A stretch of DNA of 63,415 bases, filler included, from Folioceros fuciformis (Eukaryota): the NCBI GenBank assembly GCA_049999805.1. It is 8 parts of 8 records of this genome, joined end to end, with 100 filler letters (N's around TTAATTAATTAA, not from the genome) between each part and the next. Parts side by side here need not be neighbours in the genome. Positions count along the whole stretch, not along the records: positions 43,740 to 50,869 come from JBNGIO010003429.1; positions 50,970 to 54,201 come from JBNGIO010003430.1; positions 54,302 to 59,427 come from JBNGIO010003431.1; positions 59,528 to 63,415 come from JBNGIO010003435.1; 4 more parts are not named here. One strand, 5' to 3'. The notes beneath the pieces were generated by a model that saw only the letters and a list, made by a program, of their open reading frames with translations, did no database searches and was not told the origin of the DNA. Below, piece after piece: positions 50,443-62,520 of the stretch; within the stretch, counting starts at the first letter, position 1; each line of letters begins with the position of its first letter. Both the position numbers and the translations under genes were made by a program.

Positions 50443-50869
50443 GATATGATAGAGGCATATAGAAAGTCCAGTGAAATGATCAAAACTAAATAATTATACT
50501 CCTCGTTGTAATTTATAACCCTATGATGCCCTCCATATCTTCCATCTAGAAGTCCTGAACATTTTGGTTTTGAAAAGTGGAGAATGATGTTCTAAGGGGC
50601 TAATACCTTTTGGCCTTTGATCCCATAGTTGTTCCTCCGATCTTCAGAATACACGAGACTTTCTATCTCTTTTTTTAATAATAAAAAATAATCATTTTCA
50701 GTAAGTACAGTATTTGCTTTGGAAGGGCTTGTCCATATATAGGTGTATTAGACACCAACTCCCGAGCAAAGCCTGAAATGCTAGGGCACGACATTTTTTT
50801 GTCTTGCCCCATTGATTCGTGTTGCGAGTTTTGAAAATGGCTGCGGCATCACGGCATCCAGACCGGGAC

Positions 50870-50969
50870 NNNNNNNNNNNNNNNNNNNNNNNNNNNNNNN
50901 NNNNNNNNNNNNNTTAATTAATTAANNNNNNNNNNNNNNNNNNNNNNNNNNNNNNNNNNNNNNNNNNNN
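50870..50969. other. Artificial scaffold-joining linker
   Basis: N44-TTAATTAATTAA-N44. Confidence 0.97.
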
Positions 50970-51403
50970 ACTATGATCTATGGAATATCAAGTATTTGCG
51001 GAAGTTCAAGTGGGACCATCTGACGGAGGAGATAGCGTACAGGAAGGCTGTGCATGATCAGAGGATGGAGGCTGAGCTCTCCGCTGCTAAGAGACAGCGT
51101 GACTTCTATCTGTCTAGGGTGGACCAGTCCCGTGCAATTGATTCTATGGAGGTGCGGAAACGCAAGAGGCAGGAGGAAGAAGGGGGGGAGGAGAAAGCGG
51201 ATGCAGGTGACGGCGAGGGTGAGCGGAAGTCGGCTTCACGCATTGTGAGACACTTTCCACAGAGAAAGTCTCTAGCTCGAGAGAACGAGGACAAGAAGCG
51301 TCGTGTTGCGCCAGACGTTCTGGCAGCTGTGTTTGGTGCACCAAAAGCAGCTCGAACTAGCAGTGAAGAGCATGCACGAGGAGGGCAGAAGACTCCCAAA
51401 TAA
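50970..51403 (+). CDS. ESF2: Pre-rRNA-processing protein ESF2/ABT1, 3' part
   Basis: YDLWNIKYLRKFKWDHLTEEIAY..EAELSAAKRQRDFYL matches the conserved C-terminal half of ESF2. Confidence 0.88.
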
Positions 51404-52119
51404 ACTTTCTAAGTCATTGGGGAGAATTCTTGGTGAAGAGGAGAAAGTTTCAGGCGTTCTCAGCACTCGAAAGATGGAACACCCTGGGGCTTCAGTATGT
51501 GCCGAAAGTGCCACAATGGCTCGGGGCCGGAGCCCTATTAGATCGCAGGAGTGTCCCCATCCAGGTACAGTGATCTGGCCTTCTCCTGCAGGCTATGTCA
51601 AATGATTTGGGCTTCTACCGGTGCAGGCTACGTGAAAAATATGGGGCGTTGTTTGCAAGCTTGATGATGGCACCTTGTTGGTTTCAGGCTCCTCGTCTGA
51701 CCCGAAGCCGGTATGATCGAAAAGCAGGGGACACTTGTGAGCGAGCATTACCCCTGGAGCGTGGTGACAGCATGCCAGCCAGCATTTGTCTGGAAATTAA
51801 TGATCATTTATCTGAGACTCAGATCCTGCTGGTACGGGTTTTTTAGTTCGCTATGCTGGTGGGTGATCTGGGAGATTTGAGTCAGATTCCTGTATCCGGA
51901 GCCAGGACACTCCATTCGCTACCCTCTCCAGCAATTTCAGGTCTCTATTTCAGGACTTCTTGAAAGTCAAATAACCAAGAAATATTCCGTTATTTGCCTT
52001 TACCGATGCATTGAATCTTCAGTTCGCATTCCACAAGTGTTTGCCCAGTTCCCTCGCCCTCACCCAGGGCTCGGGGTACAATTTGCGCCACGGTCTTCTG
52101 TGAACACACCGTTCACAAC

Positions 52120-52672
52120 TCACGTAGAGCCGCTATCTCGTACACTTGCCACAGCCAGAAATATCACGCTCACCATCACAGGGCCCCAAATCAAAAGCAA
52201 GGCCAAGCTGAAGTTGGGGGTAGTGACATCCGGAAACAGCACGCTCCCGTACTTAATAAGCGCAGCCCCCGCCAAGGATGCTGCACCGAACTTGAGTAGG
52301 TAGAAGAGATCTTCCTGCCAGAAAAAGAGGTGCAGTTTCACTTGTTCAGACGACAAGCGTCAGGGACAGTTGCCTCAAAGGCAGAACTCCAGTGTGCACT
52401 CGCTCACCTGAGAAGAAGGGNNNNNNNNNNNNNNNNNNNNNNNNNNNNNNNNNNNNNNNNNNNNNNNNNNNNNNNNNNNNNNNNNNNNNNNNNNNNNNNN
52501 NNNNNNNNNNNNNNNNNNNNCGGATGCACAATGCAGGACAGGCAGGTGGTGCCCGCCGACCGGTCCTCGATCTTGCCGGGATCTGCAACGGCCGTCCTCG
52601 CAAGCCGGAGTCAGAAGCTGCGGGCAGGCAGGACGTAGTTGCGCAAATCCAACCGTGTGGAGCGCAGGCCAT
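52120..52672 (-). CDS. Small plastid-type two-TM protein, 2 exons with a gap
   Basis: Transit-like MACAPHG.. exon, donor near 52407, last exon DLFYLLKFGAASLAGAALIKYGSVLFPDVTTPNFSLALLLI, which resembles a conserved small plant/cyanobacterial membrane protein. Confidence 0.7.
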
Positions 52673-53667
52673 CTTCGTGGAATAGGGCCCCGGCCTGGGC
52701 AACAGGGCAGTGGAGAGAGAAAAGGGAACGACGGTTCCAGAGATGTTAACTGAGTAGAGTAGTTACTTCGTTAACTAGAGGAATCGAATGTTAAGAAAAG
52801 TGATTCGTTGTCTTGCAAACGCTGGCCATGAAGTGGAGCGCCCTGATGAACAACTGTCGGTAGGCCGCTTTGGAGCACATCGCATCGCATCACCCAAAGT
52901 TGAAGCAAGTGGAGATCGGAAGGCCTTAAATGCATAGTGTCTCGTGCTCGTGCGCTGCGTCCCCTCAAGCATCGTACGGTCTGATCACGCAGACACACAT
53001 CCTAGATGCCTGGTGGAGAGCGGCCTGATCCTGATACGGTTATCGCAAATGGCGCCACTTGCAATTGCCACATCGGGGAGCCGGACGAGCTCAGTCACCT
53101 GATCCGCCTCGGTCTCACAAAACCGGCATCTTGAGAAACTGTATTCATCTCTTCCACACGAAGCGCGGGGCAGAAATGAACGCACACCAGTGACGAGCGC
53201 GAGTCACGCCGCCCCGCATGACAACTTCCACGCTGTTCATTTCCCTCGCCACCTCCATCAGTAGCCTGCACTGCGGCAGTGCGTTACCTTCGTATCAGCG
53301 ATGATTAGGAGCAGCGGCCCGGTCAGAACAGCCCGCTTACAAAACGGTGTATCCTGAGGAAGCCAGAGATAAACTCTCCCTGGGGAACCCAACCACGGAC
53401 CTTGTGATGATTTTCACAACACGGCAACACGGCCAGTTGCCCCCCACAACTTCCACATAATGTCGCACCCCCCGGAGTCCATGGTCGTCGCCTCTGTCTA
53501 CAGCTCTGCAGCCACGTCTTCCAGCTTCTCCAACAATTGTGCATTGTGGATTGTGCGCCATCCATATAGCCTCCTGGAGCTCAACTCCCTCCCAAGTTCT
53601 CAGGCCGAGCGCATCCAACGACCAAGCACACGACACCGTCGCCCCGCCGGGCTATCTATAGCCCAGT

Positions 53668-54201
53668 ATGGCCGCCTCCGCCGCCTCCACGCTGGTCCTC
53701 CTGGCGCTGTTGCTGGCAGCCGCCATCGTAGGCTCGGACGCTGGCAGCAGACACGGGGCCACCCACCGCCACAAGAGGCATCACCACCGGTACAAGAAGC
53801 GTCACCACTGGCACCATCAGGACCCTCCCAGTAAGCCCGCTTACGAATTGGTTGTGCGTCGATTTTCTTACGAATTATGCAATTGCATGGCGTGGACATG
53901 CGTTCCGGATCCCCTGCCATCTCCTCTGCCCTCGCCGGAGAGACGATATCCCTGTCTAACCGGATTTCTTGTCTTCAGGGGCCTGCGGCTACGGCTCGGT
54001 GTGTCAGGACCCGGTGATGAGGACCCAGTCGGGGGAGCAGTTCTACTTCCACGGCCACAAGGACGCGGACTTCTGCCTGGTGTCGGACTCCAGCCTGCAC
54101 ATCAACGCGCACTTCATCGGGCGGAGGCGGGAGGGGGTCGGGAGGGACTTCACGTGGGTGCAGGCGATCGGGGTGGTGCTGCCGGGCCACACGGCCTCGG
54201 T
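53668..54201 (+). CDS. Secreted root-cap / LEA-related domain protein, 5' part
   Basis: Signal peptide, His-rich tract, intron ~53830-53978, then CQDP..FYFHGHKDADFCLVSDSSLHINAHFIG..RDFTWVQAIG. Confidence 0.9.
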
Positions 54202-54301
54202 NNNNNNNNNNNNNNNNNNNNNNNNNNNNNNNNNNNNNNNNNNNNTTAATTAATTAANNNNNNNNNNNNNNNNNNNNNNNNNNNNNNNNNNNNNNNNNNN
54301 N
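54202..54301. other. Artificial scaffold-joining linker
   Basis: N44-TTAATTAATTAA-N44. Confidence 0.97.
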
Positions 54302-55515
54302 GGTTATTAGAGTGGGTACGGGTTTGGTCCCCTGGAAAAATTTAGGGTACCGGACCATAAGATCGGGAAGCTTTGAATTTAGGTTTGGTGATTGTTTAAT
54401 ATTAATTAAAGATAGATAGTATTAAATAATTATATAATAATATTAAATATTGCATAATTAAATAATTGTTTGAACCTAGGAGCGGGAAGGTGGGAAATAT
54501 GTCAGGTGGTTTGGCTGGTTGACAAGGTTGCATGATTCACTGATCAACCATGAGGGCCGCACCCTAGCCAAGGCAGATTGCGGCCACGCCCATCCTCTTC
54601 CAGCTCCTGTCGTGGCTCTCACCCTGCCTGCCCAGCTCTCCAGCCTGGCACTTGCCAAATTCTCCTAGCTCTTGATTTCCAACCAGCGCGCCCTCTCCCA
54701 ACCACCCATCTGATCCAGCAAGCTCCACCTCAACCCTTCCAGCCCGATTTTTCCATTCAATAACTTGCCAGCAACCACAATTCACAGGATTTGCAGCTAG
54801 TGGGAGCGCTATTGCAAGGCCAGCCTGCTCAGCCAGATTTCCAAGGCCTTGGCTCTCCCCATTTCCGTCTCTCGTGCTCTTGTTTTCCGTATACATACAC
54901 CCCCCCTATATTCTATACGTATTTATATATATTTAATATATATATGGTATCCATATTCTCATATATTTTCCCTTCTTTTCCCTAATTTCCCTCTAATTCA
55001 TGTTTTCTTTCTTTTTTAATTATCTCTTATTTTCCTGGATTTAATTCCAGAAATTCCGATTCCGCTCTTTCTCACCTATTTCCTTCCCCTGGTAGTTTGG
55101 GAATCGTCCTAGCACCTTGGGATCAATTTTCAATGGCCAAGGAACCGTTTTGGCTAGAGGCCGATTCTGCTAAATAAGCTGCCAATTTTAGGCCCAATTC
55201 TAGCTACTAATCACTCTTCTTCTGATCTCTCCCCTTTCTTCTCCCACTGCTCATACTAACACCAAGGGCCTTTTTGTCTCAGGACTGTTTGACAATCAAG
55301 TGGTCCACTTGTTGGAGCACCTGATTAATCTAACCTTAGTAGGGTTAGTTATGCATGACTAGTTATATGAATAGTTGTGACTCTTGGGTTTACCTTGCTA
55401 CCTTTATATGCCACCTTGGGTGGTTAATGTTAATGTGGAACACATCTTTCTATGTATGTTCTTCCCTTTTCTTGCTCCCCATTTTTCCCCCACTTTGTGT
55501 TATGGTATCAGAGCC
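54302..55515 (+). mobile_element. LTR-like region ending in a tRNA-Met PBS
   Basis: TGGTATCAGAGCC at 55503-55515 after a non-coding LTR-like stretch. The 5' boundary is unknown. Confidence 0.55.
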
Positions 55516-56479
55516 CAGCCTCTAACCCTTTTTTTTTAAATGATGAGAAATGCCTATGACGGATAGCCCTTTATGTCTTGAGAGTGAACGACTGACAACG
55601 GGACCCCAATTTCCAAAAATTGGTCGTGAAGGTCGCCGCTCTCGCGGACGAAGGAACAATCGCTGGAATCCCCAACAATGGGCTATTTAAAACATGGTGA
55701 GCAAGAAGAATTTAGATCTAGCGATTAGTTCACATTCCAACATTATAAAGCAACACACAATAGGTTGGGATGCTGAATACGGTGCTCGACTATTATTTGC
55801 TGCTAACCAAGCGGCACAATAACTCAACCTGTGTACACTAGAGGATAGAGCACGGCATCAACGGTTGCCCCCTACTCCTATCTTGGATTCCTCTCCCGTT
55901 ATGCACCCACGCCGCACCTTCTCATCACCTACAGAACATCAATTCACTTAATCCACAAATCACAGAACAATCCAATCAAATTTAGGAAGCAATTTACAAA
56001 GGAGACTTGGTAACCCACCAATACCTTTCAGACATTGCAATTTTGTTGCAGAATCTTAACCTTTGTCTGCAGGGTGCGATGGCGCTTGCCCCTCATAGTC
56101 GTTGTAGAGGGGGTGCCGCACTGGTTGCTTCGAATTCCAATCGCGTCCTTCCACCAACAGGCGCAACCATCTAAGGTCTCCTTCAATGTGCGCCTGATAG
56201 TCGGTATGTGCCTATTCAATGGACATACAACAGTTAGGGCTGAAAATTTGGGTTATGACACTTGAGAATAACCCCTTCCATCCCTTCTCTTTCAATGTAT
56301 TGATGAGGGTCATTGCTGAGGCCGAGCTCAAGCAAGGGTCACACACCTAGTGTAAACCCACTTGAGCTCCACCTAGCAACCACCCCCACTTGCAACCCCT
56401 GAGTCAAACCCGCATATCACAACTTCTAGATCAATTGATAGTGCAATTCAGCTTACTAACCATTCATGATAATCTTGCT

Positions 56480-58177
56480 AACATGGCCAGTGGCATAGCA
56501 TCTCCCTCAATGTTAGTTGGGGCAATATTTACCTTTGAACTGAAGGAGAATGATCGCTTTAATGGGACAAAATACCAAGTATGGCGAGTATGAATGAAGT
56601 CCACCCTAATAGCTCGAGGTGTGTGGACTATGGTTGATGGCACTCTTCCGAGACAAGACCCACCTCACTTTCTCCTCCCACACCTACGATGATAGCTAAA
56701 TGGGAGTAGTTAAATAGTATAGCCATTTCTCTGCTTGTTGGAGGGCTTGACGGGGACCTAATGCCTGACGTTGGGTTCCTAACTGAAGCATCGGCTATTA
56801 GGAACTAGCTATCTGCAACTTACCATGTCAATAACCTACTTACTCTATGTGCAGTGAGACAGGAGTTTTACGGCTTCCGTATGTGAGAAGGAGACAGGGT
56901 AGCATCTCATGTTACCAAGTTTCGGCAGCTACGAGGATAGCTCAAATCTCTTGGTTTTGATACGAAGGAAGTTGATGCAGTGGCCCAATTGCTCTCCATC
57001 CTCCCAACATCCTACCAGAATTTTGTTAGCAGCCATAACATCCCCATACAGATTGCAAACCAAGCCTCGCAAGCGGGCTCCATACCTGCCATTTCATTGG
57101 AGGAAGTCATTGGAGCCCTCTTTCAGGAGGAGCAGAGTCGTGCCTTCTCTGGTGGGGGATCAAGGCTCAAACATGATGAGGTGCTAACTGTCAAATTCAA
57201 GCAGAATCGCAATAGGGATAAGGCACAAGTAGTCACCAAAGGTGAATCAAGCTCTGTTGGCATGTGTCAGGCAGGCAACTGTCATTGGTGTGGAAACTCC
57301 AATCATTGGGCACGAGAATTCCGCAAGAAGAAATCTTGTGAGCCATAGAAATTGGGTCTTAGGATGGCAGCCAATGTGGCTGTTAAAGACAATAAGATTT
57401 CCAACGACAACTCAAAGCCAACGGTTAAGATTCTTACCGTTTGCCTGACAACGTCATTGCGTAAAAATGGTCGATGGTACCTTGATTCTGGAGCTATTGC
57501 CCACATCTGTAATGACAAGTCGCAGTTCCATACACTGGACCTCACTCATGTGAATGAGCACGTGTTGCTTAGGAATGAGCACGTGTTGCTCAGGAATGAG
57601 CACGTGTTGCTCAGGAANNNNNNNNNNGAGCACGTGTTGCTCAGGAATGAGCACGTGTTGCTCAGGAATGAGCAAGATAAGACCAACCTAAACATCCTTG
57701 GATAGGGGGTATGCAAGTTCCCACTGATTGACAACACATATCTCACCCTGGACCTTATGCTATATATCCCAAACATGGAATAAAACCTAGTCTCTATGGG
57801 TAAGTTGTTAAAGCAGCGAGTTTTTGAACTGAGAGCTTGAAATGGAGCCTGCTGTTTCTACCGACAATGTGGTCCAGAGTTTTGCGTCTTCAAAGGGGCA
57901 CTTTGTGATGATTTGTATCGGTTAAACATCACTTGCCTCTCATCTCCAATAGCTTACTCCACCTCTAGGCCCGTCATGTCTTCATTGCAACTTGCCATCT
58001 TATGGCATGTCCGTTTGGGACATGCAAACCGGCACAAGTTAATAGACATGTCAGTCCAGGGTTGCTATAGAGAATCACTCCCCAAGTGCTTCAAAGACTT
58101 ACTTGTTTCTGAGTCTTGTATCCTTGCCAAGCAGAAAGAACTCCCCTTTCCTAAGTCTGCACACGGAGCAAAGTCAG
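56480..58177 (+). mobile_element. Decayed Ty1/Copia gag-protease-GAG-pre-integrase, interrupted at ~58178 by unrelated repeat-like sequence
   Basis: FNGTKYQVW, LLSILPTSYQNF, CHWCGNSNHWA, WYLDSGAIAHICND, LWHVRLGH; stops and frameshifts. Confidence 0.88.
57553..57672 (+). repeat. 21-bp tandem repeat (AATGAGCACGTGTTGCTCAGG) within the Copia protease region
   Basis: At least 5 copies around a 10-N gap, encoding NEHVLLR. Confidence 0.9.
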
Positions 58178-59427
58178 TGTGGAATGCGGGTTTTTGGCAA
58201 GTACCCGCAATAGGTAGGGAGTGGCTAATAACATTTTCAGTTTTCTTTGGTCTTGGTTTGGTAGTTTAGATGAGTGGCAATAATAAGGGGTAGTATTGTA
58301 AAGAAGTTACCTTCTTTGGGATGGCTGCCTATAGAGAGGTATGGCCACATAGGGAGGACATCTATATGGGAGGTAGTACCTAAATAAGAAATATGGTTGT
58401 GAAGGGCAAGCTACCTACAGAAAAGGGGACACCATCGTAGGGTATCTATTACGGGCAGTTATTACATATAGAAGTATACCTACGACAAGAGGGTATTAAA
58501 GGGGGTCCCTACCTAAGGTGTCCTATCAACAAAGAGTGCTCACCTCCACGTAGGGAACTACATCTACCTACATAGCAAGGAACAAGGAAGTAGCTGTGCG
58601 AGAAGATACCTATGCCGGGGACCTACTTGTGGTGACCAAGCAGACTTAGAGTGAAAGAAAGGACGTTGTTGTGGTGAGAGCCATAGGGAGGAACGGTGCA
58701 GGGGACGTGAAATCAGCTAGACAGGGATTCATGAGCTCGGAGCAGTTGCCTACGGAGGTAGGGGTATAAACTTGCGTAAAGGAGAGCAATCAATGTTCCT
58801 GGGGTTTTGTTCCATCAACTATGGTGCGGACCTCCAACAACACTCAGGTGGGTTCCGGCAGTAGGGGACGACCCACGAGGGCAGCTAGCTCTCCCAGAAC
58901 CAATGTTCCGTCCTTTTCTTGCTTTGGGGGCCAACTGAACTCAAAGGATTTGATAGACCTACGGACTTGGGCATGTGACGCAAACATCCAGCTTGACTGA
59001 ATATTTGGCAAACACTGGTCGTATGTTCATGAAGGTTTGGTGAAGGAGTGTTGTTGTGGAGGCAAAACCCCGGGCACTGATTGCTAACGGGTTCCACCTT
59101 TAGTGGCCACACTTATCCCACTGTCGTTGAGACATTGGGTTTCGTTCCTACGAAGGAGCGATGGGGTTCCTTGCTGCTGTGGATGGAGGGTCGGACTTGA
59201 TCAACTCGATGATGGATTCGAGGGCTCCCCTCCAGCTTCGATCAGGCGTAGGACAGGCCTCGCTGTCCGGCGATCAGCTGCACCTCTCTCGGTGCCCACA
59301 AACTCACTCCAGTCACTACAACGACCCTAACCTCTTAGATTTGCGACTTCCCTCACTCACTTCACTCACTCTCTTACTCGAGCACCAACACCAGCAACTA
59401 ACAATGACACCACTACCTTCTACACTT

Positions 59428-59527
59428 NNNNNNNNNNNNNNNNNNNNNNNNNNNNNNNNNNNNNNNNNNNNTTAATTAATTAANNNNNNNNNNNNNNNNN
59501 NNNNNNNNNNNNNNNNNNNNNNNNNNN
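59428..59527. other. Artificial scaffold-joining linker
   Basis: N44-TTAATTAATTAA-N44. Confidence 0.97.
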
Positions 59528-59671
59528 GAAAAGCAACATTGCAAGCTAAACAATGAAACACGCCGCCAGCGAAAAAAATCGGCAAACCCTGGAGCTCGCT
59601 CCTCCCGCTGTGTCGAAAGCGATGAGCTACCGAGCGGCGAGATCTGAATCAAATCAAAGCCCTGTCACTCA

Positions 59672-59859
59672 CCAAGAGTGTCTCCGACCTCGAACGACAC
59701 ACTGTCTGCCCAGGCCTGGTAGCCCTGGATGAAGTCCCAGTCGCCATTGCCTTTGATGGGGTAGTTGGTGGCCAGCGAGCTTCGCACCAGCGCGAGCACG
59801 GTTACCACCGCCAGAGCCGCGAGTGCACTGCCTCCTCCATGGCGCCTCGAGCTCGCCAT
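59672..59859 (-). CDS. Phytocyanin (plastocyanin-like blue copper protein), exon 1
   Basis: Signal peptide then W..Y.AWA...F.VGDTL, followed by the family-typical phase-1 intron (G|gtgagt). The rest is off-scaffold. Confidence 0.88.
59823..59843 (-). promoter_or_regulatory. miR408 target site in the phytocyanin mRNA
   Basis: + strand GTGCACTGCCTCCTCCATGGC vs miR408 AUGCACUGCCUCUUCCCUGGC: 18/21 identical, positions 2-12 perfect. Confidence 0.85.
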
Positions 59860-61099
59860 CCCGGATCGCTGAGTCTGAGACGCGAATCGGCGCTTGAGTC
59901 GAATTCTCAGGGCGGAGCTGAAGGTAGGAGAAGTTCCTGATCGCCGCTCTGCTGCTGTGAGCTTTCTGTGGGAATGCAGAATGCCGGGAGCGAACTCGCT
60001 GTATGTAGTATGCAGCTCAACAGTACGTTGTGGCGCGATGTGCGAGAGTGACTGGTAAACAAGGGGCGAACGTAGGCGATGTAGCGATCAGAATAGCCAA
60101 AAGGGGAACGTGCGTCAAGGACGCAGTCGGCCCACGCTCGCGGAACGTTCGCCGCTCAAGACTGGAGTCCCTGTTTCGCCATTTTCGCCGCCCGCGGGTC
60201 TTGCGGTCGTCGAGTCGGGGTAGCGCCGGTCCGGTGAATGACGACGTCCTTCGTTTTGGGCCGCGCACATCCATATTCCCATACAAGGTCACATCTACAG
60301 CTCGCACGCACAGCTTAAAGGTCTCTTCTTTTCTTGAAGGATCAGAGCATAAAGTTCCCCGAACTCCGTAGTCCTGCGTTCCTGTTGCGCATGACTTCAG
60401 GGAGGGATGGATGGGGTGCTTGTCCCAAGAATGAAGCGTTGTGAGAATCGAGGAGTGCTGTACAAGTCTTTCAAAGCATCGCCCAGTTCGAGCCAGGAAT
60501 GAAAATGATTGATTACTATCCACAGGCTCACAGTCCAGGCATTCCTTCCATTCACCAGATTGCACTGCCGTGGGTACGACGTCTAGTATGTATGTACCAT
60601 GAAACAATGCCAGCAGACTGTAATCAAGTGTCAGCTCCTGGAGACGCAGCGATTCAATTGCCGCAAGGACCGGGGACGGGATGAACTGGTGATGGATGCC
60701 GTTTGAGGTGTGGAGGAGGCAGGATGTAGGTGTACTACCGAGGTCCGCCATCGGTGCTTGTGGTTCTACTCGCACACTCGCAGGGGGTGATCTGGGGCAG
60801 GCTGTACTGACTGAGCCATGCCACTCGTGGTGAAGTGACCCGGTGTCTTGTTGGGACGGTTAGGACGAAAGCAGTGGACACGAGGACAGGAATTCGCAGA
60901 TGTCACCGGCTGGTTGCAAGAAGCGACGGGGATGGGTGGATATGTATCTCTAATGTGCTGCGCTGCGGTGGTCCAGCCGAATGCCGCCATTTGGTTGGTG
61001 TTCTGAGATTTCGGCCCATATTGCGAACGGTCAGGCCAAGCAACTGTCTGTGGATGTCACCAGATGGGCCCGTCGGTGCCTTACGAGTGGTAGGGCACA

Positions 61100-62520
61100 A
61101 GTTACACATATCGGGGATGAACATGCATGACCTACAGGTATCTTCTCAACTGCGTCTGTGGGTAGTATCTGTGTGGCAGCACCCTGCTACAAGGTTGGTC
61201 CACGAGAGTGATGTCTCGTGATCAGGGGCTACCTTCTCAGTCGAGTTTGTATACGATGGCAAGATATTCCCAGCAGCCTGCGGTCAGGAAGGACTGGGCT
61301 CCATGAACATGTATGCTACCACATGCAGTCCCTGACCATGAGTAGCTGAAGTCGTCAATGCGTCCGATTCTGTTACTTTCGTGCAGGTGTGTGGAAGTCT
61401 GGGGAGCTCATGAGTGGCAAGCTCCGGGAACGGGGAATTCGAACCAACTTCAGGACCAGAAATGTGAGTGTGGCCAGGAGCTTGGTGTTCAGACATGTAT
61501 GGATGCAAGCTTAAGGTGTGGCAGTGCCCGCAGAAGAGTATTCATGACATGGAGCAGAGTGGCATCGATTCCCCGCTTGCAGGGAATGTCCCAGGCAGCC
61601 TTTGAGCTTCACGGTATGCTGCAAAAAGAAGTCATCGCTGGACCCAACTCTGTGACATATTTTGTGTTGCCCTTCTGCTGGAATGTGCATAATTTTCCAA
61701 GTACTTTTGTGAATTCAGCCCAGCTTTTGGTTTGAACATGCCTTCGTAGACCACAAGAGTGTCAGGTCTTTTTTCACGGCGTCCGTCCAAGTCATTCTGG
61801 TTGTGTGGACCACTTTGACGGCAGCAGATACCCGACAGGGNNNNNNNNNNNNNNNNNNNNNNNNNNNNNNNNNNNNNNNNNNNNNNNNNNNNNNNNNNNN
61901 NNNNNNNNNNNNNNNNNNNNNNNNNNNNNNNNNNNNNNNNCGCTTGCAGGCAGGCATGTGCAAATGTGGGTGCCACAGCTTCAAACTCAAAACTGGTAGG
62001 GATTTTCCCAAGCATACTGGCAGCCTCTACACATGAATGCTCAGAGCGCACGTTTGTGCAGGACTCCATCATATGACAAACAGGTGGTGATGTGGAATGT
62101 CATGATGGGACAATTCCGGCCAAAAACTCGAGTGTAGGTCAAGAAGCTCTACAGCTCCACTTGTGAATGAAAGGGGAAGTATGTATCCCTGCAACCAGTT
62201 CTGGGACACACGGGTTTCCGAGACTTTCTTTATGGTGTCAAAACGGCAAAGATACTGTAGGACATGTCCTCGATTTGCAGTCACATGTTTGCACCTCCAG
62301 GTTGTCCAGCCAAAAGATATACATATCGCATGGACAGCTCGTCCTGTGGGTGTCGCTGTTGACAGTTCCTCTAGTGGTGTACGAGGTGTGTGGTAAAGTA
62401 GGATCAAGACGAGTTCCAGCGATTGATCGGCCGAAGGTTCCTTCATGCCGTGGTGGGTCAGTGGAGAGTGTTTCCTTGCTGACTTTTGGGTATTGAGAGT
62501 GGGTCTGTTCTCGGCAGGCA
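61100..62520 (+). pseudogene. Degraded PPR-like remnant
   Basis: Fragments such as DMYG../RCGS.RRVF, AFEL..ML.KE..PNSVTYF, MCKCG; no continuous frame; boundaries approximate. Confidence 0.45.

Noticed and set aside
60017-60775. 252-aa minus-strand ORF upstream of the phytocyanin
   Set aside because: Non-ATG start in the ORF track, no recognisable motif; cannot be supported.
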